Shown here one piece after another: positions 27,491 through 36,868 of a stretch of 64,000 nt of DNA. Source of the stretch: Anaerolineales bacterium (GTDB lineage Bacteria > Chloroflexota > Anaerolineae > Anaerolineales > Villigracilaceae); NCBI GenBank assembly GCA_030018695.1, contig JASEHI010000004.1, positions 774 to 64,773 of the forward strand, written 5' to 3'. Both the position numbers and the translations under genes were made by a program. Every line of letters begins with the position of its first letter. Within the stretch, counting starts at the first letter, position 1. The notes below the pieces were generated by a model. The model was not told the origin of the DNA. It saw nothing but the letters and a program-made list of their open reading frames with translations, and searched no databases.

Positions 27491-29496
27491 GACAGTCGCT
27501 AAAAAACTATCGCTCCCTTGTGTATGGATTGATCGGAGTTCTCTGGCTGTTAGCAGTCTTCATCGGCTACGCCTACATGCATAAGCCATTTACCCTGAAT
27601 GAACTGCTTCCAATCTCAAAAGCAATCTGGCAGATTGTTATCGTTGGCGTCATTGTCTCCCTTGCGGGCGGATTGGGCTATCGCCTTCTGCGTGGCTGCA
27701 CAGGCCAACTCCTCCAGCAGACGGTCATCCAATCCGCGCTGGGTCTGGCTATCCTCGGCGTCGCAACGTTGGTCATAGGCGCTTCGCTCGGATTACTGTG
27801 GTGGCTCTTTGCCTCGTCCTTGCTGGCGGCTGGCATTTTACTTCGAAAGGATATTCTATCTTGGTGGCAAGCCTGGGCAGAGATCGATACTTACTGGCGC
27901 AACGCCGGTCACTTTGGAAAGGCCGTTTTACTGGCTGCGTTCATTCTTCTTGGTTGTACCTTTTTCATCGCCTTGGCTCCCCCGTTGGCATTCGATGCCC
28001 TGACCTACCATCTTGCCATCCCGCGCGCTTACCTGCTCACCGGCCGAGTTACCTATTTACCATATACCATGTTCTGGGGTATGCCCGAACAGTCTGAGGT
28101 GCTCTACACACTGGTAATGATGTTTAGCGGATTGGAATCCGCTCCGCTGCTTAGCTGGGCCATGGGATTCCTGACTCTGATTGCTCTTTTTGACTATGCA
28201 AAGGATAAACTGGGCGCGAAGGCCGGATACGCGGCTATCGCAGCGGTACTCGCCGGAGAAACCTTGATGGCATCGCTTGCCTCTGGCTATGTCGAATGGC
28301 CTGCCATGCTCTATGGGATGGCCACACTGATCGCATTGGATGACTGGATGACCAGCAAAGCGCATAAAAGCATTGCCCTGGCAGGTCTCTTCGCTGGATT
28401 AACCCTGGCAATCAAATATACAGCTGGAATTATTCTTCTTGGCGGTTTGGTAGTCATCCTGCTGAAAACCAGAGAGAACGGCGTTCGAAAAACGCTATCT
28501 GCGCTCATCCGTTTCTCTCTTTGTGCCTTCCTGGCGATGACTCCCTGGCTGGTGAAGAATGCTTTTGCCACCGGCAATCCTTTCTATCCATTACTTTATC
28601 CGTCAGGTGCGATGGATGAATTCCGCCTGCATTTCTATCAGGACAATCCGATCTATAAAGACTGGCGCGAGATGCTCATCCTGCCCTGGCAGGCGACCGT
28701 CTGGGGCATCGAAGGGAAGACGGGTTATTCCGCTTCCATCGGGCCTTTGTTGCTCGGATTGAGCCTGCTGGCCTGGATGGGATGGCGCACACGCAGCAAG
28801 TCTGAGCAAGACACAATCAAAGTCGCAGCGGCAGTCACCGTCACTGGACTGCTCGCCTGGGCCATCGCCAGCCGCCTCTCCGGTCTTCTCATTCAGACGC
28901 GGCTCTACTTCGCCATGTTCCCGGCCTGGGCTGTGCTGAGCGCAGCCGGTTACGATGCTCTGTGCCGCCAGCAGGCGCAAGGCATTCGTTTTGGCCGCCT
29001 CGCCGGATCGCTGCTCCTGCTTGCCCTGGGGTCCACCACCTTCCAGACAGCCGCCGATTGGCTTATCAAAAATCCGATCCTGATTCTACCTGGTTACCAG
29101 ACAGATACCGAATACTTGGCTAATAACCTGGGCGATTATTTCGCGGCAATGCAGGCGGTCAACGCCTTGCCGTCGGATGCAAGGACCCTGATGCTGTGGG
29201 AGACACGCGAACTTTACTGTCTGCCGCGTTGCGACGGCGACGAGGTCATTGACCGCTGGTTCCATGATAGCCGCCTGTACAGCAGCGTGCAGGCCATTCT
29301 GGAATCTTGGCGGTTGGAGGGATACACACATCTGCTTTATCATCGAGCGGGAGCAAAGTTCATTCGTCAGGAAGGTTCGCACTTTTTTATCGAAGAAGAC
29401 TGGGCGAAACTGGAGAATTTATTCAACACCCTTCCGTCGCCGATAGAAATTGGCGGAAGCTACCGGTTATATCCCCTGCCCAAGGACAATCCATGA
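27487..29496 (+). CDS. Polytopic membrane protein, putative GT-C-type (PMT_2-like) glycosyltransferase with a C-terminal soluble domain
   Basis: 669 aa. PPLAFDALTYHLAIPRAY sits after the first TM segments. ATGA overlaps at both ends. Confidence 0.5.
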   Translation: MRQSLKNYRSLVYGLIGVLWLLAVFIGYAYMHKPFTLNELLPISKAIWQIVIVGVIVSLAGGLGYRLLRGCTGQLLQQTVIQSALGLAILGVATLVIGASLGLLWWLFASSLLAAGILLRKDILSWWQAWAEIDTYWRNAGHFGKAVLLAAFILLGCTFFIALAPPLAFDALTYHLAIPRAYLLTGRVTYLPYTMFWGMPEQSEVLYTLVMMFSGLESAPLLSWAMGFLTLIALFDYAKDKLGAKAGYAAIAAVLAGETLMASLASGYVEWPAMLYGMATLIALDDWMTSKAHKSIALAGLFAGLTLAIKYTAGIILLGGLVVILLKTRENGVRKTLSALIRFSLCAFLAMTPWLVKNAFATGNPFYPLLYPSGAMDEFRLHFYQDNPIYKDWREMLILPWQATVWGIEGKTGYSASIGPLLLGLSLLAWMGWRTRSKSEQDTIKVAAAVTVTGLLAWAIASRLSGLLIQTRLYFAMFPAWAVLSAAGYDALCRQQAQGIRFGRLAGSLLLLALGSTTFQTAADWLIKNPILILPGYQTDTEYLANNLGDYFAAMQAVNALPSDARTLMLWETRELYCLPRCDGDEVIDRWFHDSRLYSSVQAILESWRLEGYTHLLYHRAGAKFIRQEGSHFFIEEDWAKLENLFNTLPSPIEIGGSYRLYPLPKDNP

Positions 29497-30338
29497 CTCG
29501 CCGCTTTGATTTTTCCAACCCAATCCTGCGCGCAGTCATCATTGCCGTTGGCCTGATGGTGCTGATTGCGGCGATGAGTTACACCCTGCCTCCAGCGATT
29601 GACTGGCACAACACTTTTCGTCCCGCAGCCCACGAGGTGCTGGCCGGGCGATCTCCTTTCAACATAGATGGTTTTCTCAATGCGCCTTGGGCAATTCTAC
29701 CCCTGCTCCCGTTGGCGCTTTTACCGGAAAATGTGGGGAGGGCTCTCTTACTGATAATGAGCCTGCTTGCATTGGCCTACACCGCCCACCGGCTCAAGGC
29801 TCAGCCTCTAGCCCTGGGAGTGTTCCTCGTCTCGCCTCCCGTTCTCCATGGTTTACTCAACGGTAACATTGACTGGCTGGCTGCGTTTGGTTTCATTCTT
29901 CCGCCGCAGATCGGCCTATTTTTCATCGTCATCAAGCCACAAGTTGGCGCGGCAGTCGGACTGTTTTGGTTAGTTGAAGCCTGGCGCAAAGGAAAGTTTT
30001 TGGAGATTGTCCGCGTGTTTGGCCCGGCGACCTTGACGACCCTGCTCTCGTTGGTAATTTTTGGTCTCTGGCCCCTCCGCTATCTCAGGCAGCTGGGCGA
30101 ATGGTGGAACGCCAGTCTGTGGCCGATGTCCATTCCGGTGGGCCTGGCGCTGCTCATCGCCTCCATCCGCAAGCGCAAGATCGAATATGCTATGGGCGCA
30201 TCGCCTTGCCTCTCGCCTTATGTTCTCTTTCATTCCTGGGTTGGCGCGTTGCTCGCAATTGTCTCTTCCCTGCCGGAGACTCTTGCCGCAGTGGTTGGTC
30301 TATGGATCCTGGTTTTCATCCGGTTCTTACAAGGATAA
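29493..30338 (+). CDS. Polytopic membrane protein (GT87/DUF2029-like?)
   Basis: The start MTRRFDF overlaps the upstream stop (ATGA). About 8 hydrophobic segments. Confidence 0.45.
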   Translation: MTRRFDFSNPILRAVIIAVGLMVLIAAMSYTLPPAIDWHNTFRPAAHEVLAGRSPFNIDGFLNAPWAILPLLPLALLPENVGRALLLIMSLLALAYTAHRLKAQPLALGVFLVSPPVLHGLLNGNIDWLAAFGFILPPQIGLFFIVIKPQVGAAVGLFWLVEAWRKGKFLEIVRVFGPATLTTLLSLVIFGLWPLRYLRQLGEWWNASLWPMSIPVGLALLIASIRKRKIEYAMGASPCLSPYVLFHSWVGALLAIVSSLPETLAAVVGLWILVFIRFLQG

Positions 30339-30348
30339 ACGTAACTGC

Positions 30349-30613
30349 TCAGCCACAGATGACCACGGGCACTTGCATCAGCCGCGGCTCCCGGCGCAGA
30401 TAAGCCAGTACCTCGAACCCGGAGACCCCAGGCATATTTATATCCAGAAAAATCATCTGGGGAATATTTTCCTGCAGGATAGTTATCCCGGCGCTCGGGG
30501 AAAGCGCCATACGCGCCTGGATATTCCACCGAGTAGGCCTTCGGCAGACCGGGCATCTGAACCAATGTTTCGGCTGTCTGGCGGTTATCGTCAATCACGA
30601 GTGCACGACACAT
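30349..30613 (-). pseudogene. Response-regulator receiver domain, frameshifted and C-terminally truncated
   Basis: Frame 1 reads MCRALVIDDNRQTAETLVQM...YSVEY. Frame 2 continues ARMALSPSAGITILQENIPQMIFLDINMPGVSGFEVLAYLRREPRLMQVPVVICG*. The alpha4-beta5 part is missing. Confidence 0.6.
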
Positions 30614-30614
30614 C

Positions 30615-32627
30615 TTACAGCTCCGCAACAAGTTTACCCATTTCACTCACATTATACCCAGGCATAGCAGATACGGCGCGCTGAAAAGTTTCGCTTTCAA
30701 TCACATCGAACAATGGCGCAAGTAACGTGCTCTCACTGAATCGCTTGGGGACAACCAATTGATAGGTTTCCTGGAAAAGGGGGACGAAGTCCAAATCCAG
30801 CGACTGGGCTGCGGCGGGTATCCCCAAGCCACAATCGGCGCGTCCCGAAGCGATGGCCGCGGCGACGCCAAGGTGTGTGTATTCCTCTTGATTGTAGCCT
30901 TGAATTGACCCTTTGGATATGCCGAGGCGATTCAAATGATAATCCAGCAGGACGCGCGTCCCGGCCCCGCGTTGACGATTCACGTAATGGGACTCGGGCC
31001 GGGTCAGGTCTCCCAGGTTTTTAATACCCTTCGGGTTTCCCTTGCGCACGATCAAGCCTTGCTCACGACCGACGAATCCATACACCCGCACTGACACGCC
31101 GGGCAAATATTGGCGGATATACGAAAGGTTGTAATCACCCGTCTGCGGGTCGAGCAGGTGTGAACCGGCCAGATGCGATTCGCCGCGCTGCAGGGCGATC
31201 AGCCCGCCCAGGCTGCCCACGTTAGCTGAAGCCAGGCGCCGGTCGTACTCCGCCAGGAACTGGGCGAGCAGATCAAGACTCATATCGTGCGAGCCGATGC
31301 AGAAGATCGTCCGCTCGAGGTCAGCTCTCGAGCGGTAAAGCTGTACCTCCACTTGCTCACCTGCTTCCGCTCCTTGAACGCCGCGCGGCAAGACGACCAG
31401 CCCGTCGGCGCGGACGAGCGAGGTGATGATGCCTGCCCCGCGCGCCAGCGGCGCAGCCAGTATCCTTTCGCCCACCTTCCCGACCGCCACGCGCATATAG
31501 TCATCGTCCCCGCCCGGCGAGGTGACTTTGCGGGTCAGTGTGGCGGATACAGTCGGCAGTTCGTTCGGTCGCCTCCCCAGCCATTTCGCCAGCATGGGTT
31601 CGACAAAGATTTCAGCCGTCAATGCGGCGGAGACGGGGTAGCCGGGAACGCCAATGATGGGGATAAGTGACGAGAAATGAGTGCTGAGTGACTTCTTACT
31701 CATTACTCGTTTCTCGTTTCTGATGACACCTAAAATCACCGGATGTCCCGGTCTAACCGCCACACCATGCACCAGCAGCGTGCCGAGTTTCTCGACCACT
31801 TTGGCCGAGAAATCCTGCGCCCCAGCCGAGGAACCGGCGTTGAGCAGGATCAGGTCGAAGTCGCGCGCGGCGGCCTGCACACTTTCCACGATAGCCTCGA
31901 AGTTATCCGGTGTGATCGGAAAGCGCAGCGCCTCCCCACCCCAGGTGTTGACTTGCGCAGCAAGCACCACTGAGTTGTATTCCAGGATGTCGCCCGCCTT
32001 GAGCTGGCTGCCGATAGGGACAAGCTCTGTGCCGGTTGGCAGGATGGCGACGCGCGGCTTGCGAGCGACTTTGACTGCCTCATGACCGGCTGCGGCGATT
32101 GCGCCCAAATCCACCGGCCGCAGCATCTGACCGGCGGCCAGCACCAACTGCGTGGCGACGATATCCTCGCCCAGCGCGCGGACGTGCGACCAGGGCGTGA
32201 CCGCCGCACGGATTCGGACCGAGGACGGTTGACGGAGGACGGAGGTAAGATTCCCATCGAGGTCAAGCGATTCGACGTTCTCGATCGGGATGACCGCGTT
32301 GAAACCGTCCGGCAGCGGGTCGCCGGTGTCAACGTACGCCGCCTGGACTGATGATTGATCACTGGTCACTGATAACTGAATCGGCGTGGAGGGCTGCGCG
32401 CCGGAAGTATCTTCCGCCCGGACGGCAAAACCGTCCATGGCGGAGGCGTGGTAGTGAGGGGAAGAAATCTTCGCCCAGACCGGTTCAGCCAGCACGCGGC
32501 CGAGGGCGTTTTCATCGAGCGGGATGGTTTCCGCGCCGAGCACGCGCCAGAGATTGGCCTGTTCCAACGCAGATTGGAGGCAGGCTTTGGCTTCGGGGAG
32601 GGGGATGTCGTGGAGGTAGATGGACAT
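30615..32627 (-). CDS. MoeA-type molybdopterin molybdotransferase fused to a C-terminal periplasmic-binding-protein-like domain
   Basis: HYHASAMDGFAV and LLNAGSSAGAQDF (MoeA). The C-terminal 250 aa read IFCIGSHDMSLDLL...LIALQRGESHLAGSHLLD (PBP-like). Confidence 0.8.
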   Translation of the reverse strand: MSIYLHDIPLPEAKACLQSALEQANLWRVLGAETIPLDENALGRVLAEPVWAKISSPHYHASAMDGFAVRAEDTSGAQPSTPIQLSVTSDQSSVQAAYVDTGDPLPDGFNAVIPIENVESLDLDGNLTSVLRQPSSVRIRAAVTPWSHVRALGEDIVATQLVLAAGQMLRPVDLGAIAAAGHEAVKVARKPRVAILPTGTELVPIGSQLKAGDILEYNSVVLAAQVNTWGGEALRFPITPDNFEAIVESVQAAARDFDLILLNAGSSAGAQDFSAKVVEKLGTLLVHGVAVRPGHPVILGVIRNEKRVMSKKSLSTHFSSLIPIIGVPGYPVSAALTAEIFVEPMLAKWLGRRPNELPTVSATLTRKVTSPGGDDDYMRVAVGKVGERILAAPLARGAGIITSLVRADGLVVLPRGVQGAEAGEQVEVQLYRSRADLERTIFCIGSHDMSLDLLAQFLAEYDRRLASANVGSLGGLIALQRGESHLAGSHLLDPQTGDYNLSYIRQYLPGVSVRVYGFVGREQGLIVRKGNPKGIKNLGDLTRPESHYVNRQRGAGTRVLLDYHLNRLGISKGSIQGYNQEEYTHLGVAAAIASGRADCGLGIPAAAQSLDLDFVPLFQETYQLVVPKRFSESTLLAPLFDVIESETFQRAVSAMPGYNVSEMGKLVAEL
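32347..32383. repeat. Heptamer (STRR-like) tract ACTGATG ATTGATC ACTGGTC ACTGATA ACTGAAT inside the moeA-PBP ORF
   Basis: Direct reading. It encodes QLSVTSDQSSVQ on the minus strand. Confidence 0.7.
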
Positions 32628-32638
32628 GGGGTATTCTG

Positions 32639-33034
32639 TTACCAGACAGTTACTTTCAGGTTTTCAATTTCATTGAAGTGGGTATCGCGTGAGACAAGCG
32701 TCAAATCGTGCTGAATGGCAATCGCGGCAATCCAGATGTCATTTTCAGGCAAGGGACGACCTTTGATGCGCAAGACGTTCTTGATTTCACCATACGCGCG
32801 GGCGGTCTCGATATCGCATCCCAATACGACACTGCTGGCGGCGAAATCGTCAATGCGAGCCAGGTTTTCCTTTGCCCGCGCGGATTTATGCGCGCCATAG
32901 CACAGTTCGCCAATCACAACGCTGGGGACAAAGACTTCATCGGTCTTTGCGAGATTGTCTTTGACTGCCGCTTCGTCTGCAAATAACGCAATAACAATAT
33001 TGGTGTCCAGCAGACATTTACCACTCATTGACAT
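32639..33034 (-). CDS. vapC: PIN-domain toxin VapC
   Basis: CLLDTNIVIALF and NDIWIAAIAIQHDLTLVSRDTHF. Confidence 0.85.
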   Translation of the reverse strand: MSMSGKCLLDTNIVIALFADEAAVKDNLAKTDEVFVPSVVIGELCYGAHKSARAKENLARIDDFAASSVVLGCDIETARAYGEIKNVLRIKGRPLPENDIWIAAIAIQHDLTLVSRDTHFNEIENLKVTVW

Positions 33035-33245
33035 CCACCTGCTCGCATCCTTGTTCGATTGATTCGCGCATTATTTTGACATCATCCAGCGGAATGGCCC
33101 CAGCGAAACGGAGCAATTGCACGCCAGCAACTCCATGTGGGGTAGAGACTGCCAGCGCACGCGTAAACTCCAAGACTCGCCACTGCAACTCTTGTGGCAG
33201 AGGCTTCAATTGTTCAACTACTTTTTCAACAATAGAAATGTCCAT
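33018..33245 (-). CDS. VapB-type antitoxin (DUF2281-like)
   Basis: 75 aa. It overlaps vapC by 17 nt and has GGAGGCCGAAATG at its start. Confidence 0.65.
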   Translation of the reverse strand: MDISIVEKVVEQLKPLPQELQWRVLEFTRALAVSTPHGVAGVQLLRFAGAIPLDDVKIMRESIEQGCEQVDVNEW

Positions 33246-33303
33246 TTCGGCCTCCTATCAGTTACGCGAATGGCTTTTGGTACCATTTATCCACACATCT
33301 ACC

Positions 33304-33361
33304 TCAACACCACTTCCACTACCTCCCCTGCGCTGAGACCGGTCACATCCGGCGGGATGCG
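33304..33361 (-). pseudogene. Duplicated 3' end of moeA (last roughly 19 codons)
   Basis: About 88% identical to 34238-34295. It reads IRIPPDVTGLSAGEVVEVVLR*, against LRIPPDATGLSAGEVVEVVLM* for the intact gene. Confidence 0.75.
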
Positions 33362-33371
33362 GATGATGACG

Positions 33372-33647
33372 TCAAGGTTGAGCCATTTTTCGCTTGAGAG
33401 TCTCAAAATACTGTTGAAATTCTTTCGGGTCAATGTCAGAACTCGCCGCACGCGGCAAAATATTTTGGAAATACGTTTCCAGCGTTTTCCAGTCAATAAA
33501 CTTGCGATTCAGCAGGAATTCCACATCTTCCAAATCCGACTCAAAACCACGTGCAATCTTGCTCAAGGCGATGCCGTACAGATCGAAGATGTAAACCTCC
33601 AAGTTCCCATAGCGACCCACGAAACGATAGCGCTGTTCCGCTTTCAA
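33372..33647 (-). CDS. Small protein, possibly the C-terminal half of a DUF6036/nucleotidyltransferase-associated family protein
   Basis: 91 aa. The pattern LEVYIFDLYGIALSKIARGFESDLEDVEFLL was recognised from memory only. Confidence 0.3.
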   Translation of the reverse strand: MKAEQRYRFVGRYGNLEVYIFDLYGIALSKIARGFESDLEDVEFLLNRKFIDWKTLETYFQNILPRAASSDIDPKEFQQYFETLKRKMAQP

Positions 33648-33671
33648 AAAACATCTTCAGGGCCGCTGATG

Positions 33672-34196
33672 TTACTGTTTCCATGTCCGCTCCATTTCCC
33701 AGCGCCGCAGCAAATGGCGCGCCGCGTTTTCGTACGTTCCCGCCCAATTAAGAAATTCTCCGGTCTTTTGGGCATGCAAGCGCGCCAGCGCTTTCATGCG
33801 CGTTGCAGGCGTATCCCCGCTTACCCCCAATTCCTTCGAGTACAGGTCGGGTAATTGCCGCCACTTTTCGCCGAGAAATAATTTCAAGGCATCCGCATAT
33901 TGTCCTTGCAAATAAACTGCTGCAGTGTAAAAGAATTTCAATGTCTGTGCTTCCGGGGCTGTCAACTGCTGGAGCGCAGCCGGAATGTACGATGCAAAAT
34001 CCGGGCGCGCCAGCAGGAGCGCGATCACCGCAGAGCGCACCCGGCTGGAAGGTTGCCGCACCAGCGCCGCCAGAAAATCCTGCGGAGCGCGGGGAAACAC
34101 CGTCCCTGGGCTGCTCTGACGCGAGAGGTAGCGCACGCCAAACTGCGCCAATTCAGCCACCACTTGCTCTTCCATTTGCGGGAAAACTGTCGCCAT
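33672..34196 (-). CDS. Hypothetical protein (174 aa)
   Basis: Clean ORF with host-like composition. I recognised no motif. Confidence 0.45.
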   Translation of the reverse strand: MATVFPQMEEQVVAELAQFGVRYLSRQSSPGTVFPRAPQDFLAALVRQPSSRVRSAVIALLLARPDFASYIPAALQQLTAPEAQTLKFFYTAAVYLQGQYADALKLFLGEKWRQLPDLYSKELGVSGDTPATRMKALARLHAQKTGEFLNWAGTYENAARHLLRRWEMERTWKQ

Positions 34197-34232
34197 GAAA
34201 CAATTGTAGCAGAAAAACAGTCCAGCGAGGGT

Positions 34233-35555
34233 TTACATTAACACCACTTCCACTACCTCCCCCGCGCTAAGGCCGGTGGCATCCGGCGGGATGCGCAGCA
34301 GACCATCCGCGGCGGCCAGGGAGAAGATGAGGTTGCTCTTCGCGAAGACCGGCTCGGCCAGCCACCCTGTGATTTCGCTGCCGCTTTGCTCAAGGCGTGG
34401 CGTTAATTTCACTGCCACCCAGTCTTCGCGGCCAGCCTGGGAGGGGATGTTGATGGTCAGTTTCGCCATCAGAGTCGTGCGTGGGCGGTCAATGGGCAGG
34501 CCAAGCAATCGCTCGATCAGCGGTACGACGAACAGCCAGGCGACCACCAGCGCACTGACCGGGTTACCCGGCAGCCCGATCAGCGCCTTGCCGTCGCAGA
34601 CCGCCAGAATGGTCGGCTTGCCGGGGCGGATGTTGACGCCATGCACCAGCACACCCGGGCTACCCAACGAGCTTATCGCCTCGGCGGTCATATCGCGGGC
34701 ACTGGCCGAAGACCCGGCGGTGATCACCACCAAGTCACATTCGGTCAACGCACGCGCCGCGAGGGTCTTGAGCGCAGCCAGTTTATCCGCAACAATGCCA
34801 TATAAAACCGGCGCGCCGCCGGCGCGTGTCACCAACGCGGCCAGCGTATAAGAGTTGATATCGCGCACCTGACCGGGACGCGGATCACTTTCTGGATGGA
34901 CAATTTCATCTCCGCTTGAAATGATGCCAACTTTTGGCTTCGTGGCTACGCGCAGATGGGTGATTCCGAGTGCCATCAGGCCGCCAATTTCCGCCGGGCG
35001 AATGCGCGCCCCGGCGGGGATGACAATCTGACCTTCGGTTACGTCCTCGCCAACGCGGAGGGTGTTTTCACCATCGGCCACAGCCCGCAAAACCTCGATT
35101 TCCAACGCACACCTGCCCCGGACGCAGGAGCCGGGGGAGTTATTATTCTCTCCGCGTTCTTTTCGCTCTTCACGCTGAACATGTTGCGTATTTTCTAGCA
35201 TGACGACCGCGTTGGCCCCCTCCGGCAACATCCCGCCGGTGTGGATGATGGCGGCCTCGCCGGGCGCGAGCGTAAACTGCGCTTCGTCGCCCATCGGTAC
35301 TTCGCCAATAACCTTCAAATAGGCTGGTAAACTGTCGCTTGCGCCAAAGGTGTCCCCGGCGTGGACCGCGTAGCCATCCACCGTGCTGCGCGGGAATTCG
35401 GGCAGCGGGTGCGGCGAGCGCACAGGCGCAGCAGTGACGCGCTCGAGCGCCAGATGGGTTTCCAGTTTTTCCGCGGCCGACTGAAGGTCCGGCAAGTGGC
35501 GGAAGAGCAGGGAACGGGCTTCGTCGGGAGAGAGGAGGGTGAGGAATTCGGGCAT
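34233..35555 (-). CDS. moeA: Molybdopterin molybdotransferase MoeA
   Basis: FPRSTVDGYAV, IITAGSSASARD and MoeA C-terminal domain. It carries a roughly 25-aa low-complexity insert (REERKERGENNNSPGSCVRGRCAL). Confidence 0.85.
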   Translation of the reverse strand: MPEFLTLLSPDEARSLLFRHLPDLQSAAEKLETHLALERVTAAPVRSPHPLPEFPRSTVDGYAVHAGDTFGASDSLPAYLKVIGEVPMGDEAQFTLAPGEAAIIHTGGMLPEGANAVVMLENTQHVQREERKERGENNNSPGSCVRGRCALEIEVLRAVADGENTLRVGEDVTEGQIVIPAGARIRPAEIGGLMALGITHLRVATKPKVGIISSGDEIVHPESDPRPGQVRDINSYTLAALVTRAGGAPVLYGIVADKLAALKTLAARALTECDLVVITAGSSASARDMTAEAISSLGSPGVLVHGVNIRPGKPTILAVCDGKALIGLPGNPVSALVVAWLFVVPLIERLLGLPIDRPRTTLMAKLTINIPSQAGREDWVAVKLTPRLEQSGSEITGWLAEPVFAKSNLIFSLAAADGLLRIPPDATGLSAGEVVEVVLM

Positions 35556-35563
35556 GGGGAGAT

Positions 35564-35598
35564 ATGAAAGATGAAAGATGAAGGATGAAAGATGAAAG
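35564..35598. repeat. Tandem heptamer ATGAAAG x5 (one ATGAAGG variant)
   Basis: Direct reading. It fills the whole spacer between the upstream stop (35599) and the moeA start (35555). Confidence 0.85.
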
Positions 35599-36474
35599 TC
35601 AGCGGATCCAGAAGGTGAGGGTGAGTAAATAGACGGTCAGGCCGAAGGTGGCGGAGGCGGTGGCAGTCAGGATGGTCCAGAGGGGCTTCACGCCCAGGCC
35701 AATGTTGCGCAGCATGAAGATCTGGTAGGCGGCCAACGGGAGGGTCAGGAAGACCGGCCAGAGCAGCCGCCAGGGAAAGCCGAACAATGGCGCGGCGACA
35801 AATAGCGTGTAAGCGGCGAGCAATAGCATGTGATGGAGCGGGATGGCGCGCGGCCAGGTCAGGCGGATGAGGAGGGAACTTCGGCCATATTTCTGGTCGG
35901 AGGCAAAAGAAGGAAAATCCAAAATCAGAAAATAGGCCAGGGCGAGCAGCGTCAATGGAAAGTTGACCAGCGGCAGGAGACGATGAAACTCATCCGCCTG
36001 GAGCAGGAAAGCCAGGGCCGGGATGAAATCGGCGAATAGGATCGCGAGCGCAAATTCACCGAAGCCGGCGTTGACCAGTCGCAATGGCGGCACAGCGAAA
36101 GCGATGAGCAACAGAAAAATCAACGCCAGGAAAATGGCGGAGGTGGGGGTGATGAAGCGGCTGCGGAGCATCACAACCGTCAACGCGGCGACCAGTGTCA
36201 GGGCAGCCGCGGAGATTTGCAGGAGGAGTGTGCGCAAGCGCAGTCGTTGGGCAGGGGTATCCGCTTCGCTCACCGGTTCGAACGGGCGGCGGAAGTATTC
36301 GGCGAGCAGATAGGCCGCAATCTGGATCAGCATGACCCAGACGAGGCCCAACCAGAAAGCGCCGCCGTTGAGGTGGATGCCAAGATAACGGGCGACACCC
36401 GCGCCGAGCAGGTAGGTCAGCGCGGCGAGGAGCAGGTGAAGGGGACGGGAGAGACGAAGGAGGCTACGGGCCAT
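35599..36474 (-). CDS. Polytopic membrane protein, UbiA-prenyltransferase-like
   Basis: 291 aa with 8-9 TM segments. The N-terminus RLSRPLHLLLAALTYLLG is typical of UbiA-fold proteins. No clear Asp-rich motif. Confidence 0.4.
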   Translation of the reverse strand: MARSLLRLSRPLHLLLAALTYLLGAGVARYLGIHLNGGAFWLGLVWVMLIQIAAYLLAEYFRRPFEPVSEADTPAQRLRLRTLLLQISAAALTLVAALTVVMLRSRFITPTSAIFLALIFLLLIAFAVPPLRLVNAGFGEFALAILFADFIPALAFLLQADEFHRLLPLVNFPLTLLALAYFLILDFPSFASDQKYGRSSLLIRLTWPRAIPLHHMLLLAAYTLFVAAPLFGFPWRLLWPVFLTLPLAAYQIFMLRNIGLGVKPLWTILTATASATFGLTVYLLTLTFWIR

Positions 36475-36477
36475 TTT

Positions 36478-36690
36478 TCAGTACGCGGCGCAAATCACGG
36501 GAGTGCATTTGATTATGAATGACTTTTCCGCCGAAATGAAATGCGCCAGGACATCCCGCACGCGCCATTCAGTGTTTTCGGTATAGACCCTCGCCTGCCA
36601 CTGGTCAGTGTTCAGCGCGGCGAAGAAGGCGGCGGTTTTTTCGCCTTCGGCGCGCAGTCGTTCGGCAAGAAATGTTGAGGATTCTGGCAT
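36478..36690 (-). pseudogene. DinB-family N-terminal fragment
   Basis: LRAEGEKTAAFFAALNTDQWQARVY...WRVRDVLAHFISAEK. It ends after about 70 aa, whereas the family is about 160 aa. Confidence 0.45.
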
Positions 36691-36730
36691 CGTCTTCTCC
36701 TAAAACTTGATTCTACCGCATATCTTTATA

Positions 36731-36810
36731 ACGCGAATACCGCGAATGGGCAAATGACGCGAATAAAACCCAGAAAACATTCGCGAAATTCGCTTATTCG
36801 CGTCATTCGC
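36731..36810. repeat. Cluster of CGCGAAT (x3) and inverted ATTCGCG (x4) motifs, including the 14-bp inverted repeat AATGACGCGAATAA/TTATTCGCGTCATT
   Basis: Direct reading. Its architecture resembles 6777-6844. Confidence 0.6.
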
Positions 36811-36868
36811 GCCGAAGGCCTACTCGGTTGAAACTTGCCCGCTCAAACGAAAATGTACGGTAGCGAAA

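Noticed and set aside
33299-33496. ORF 33299..33496 (-) as a gene
   Set aside because: It is a chimera. Its C-terminus is the duplicated moeA 3' end, and its N-terminus is out-of-frame sequence overlapping the 91-aa ORF.
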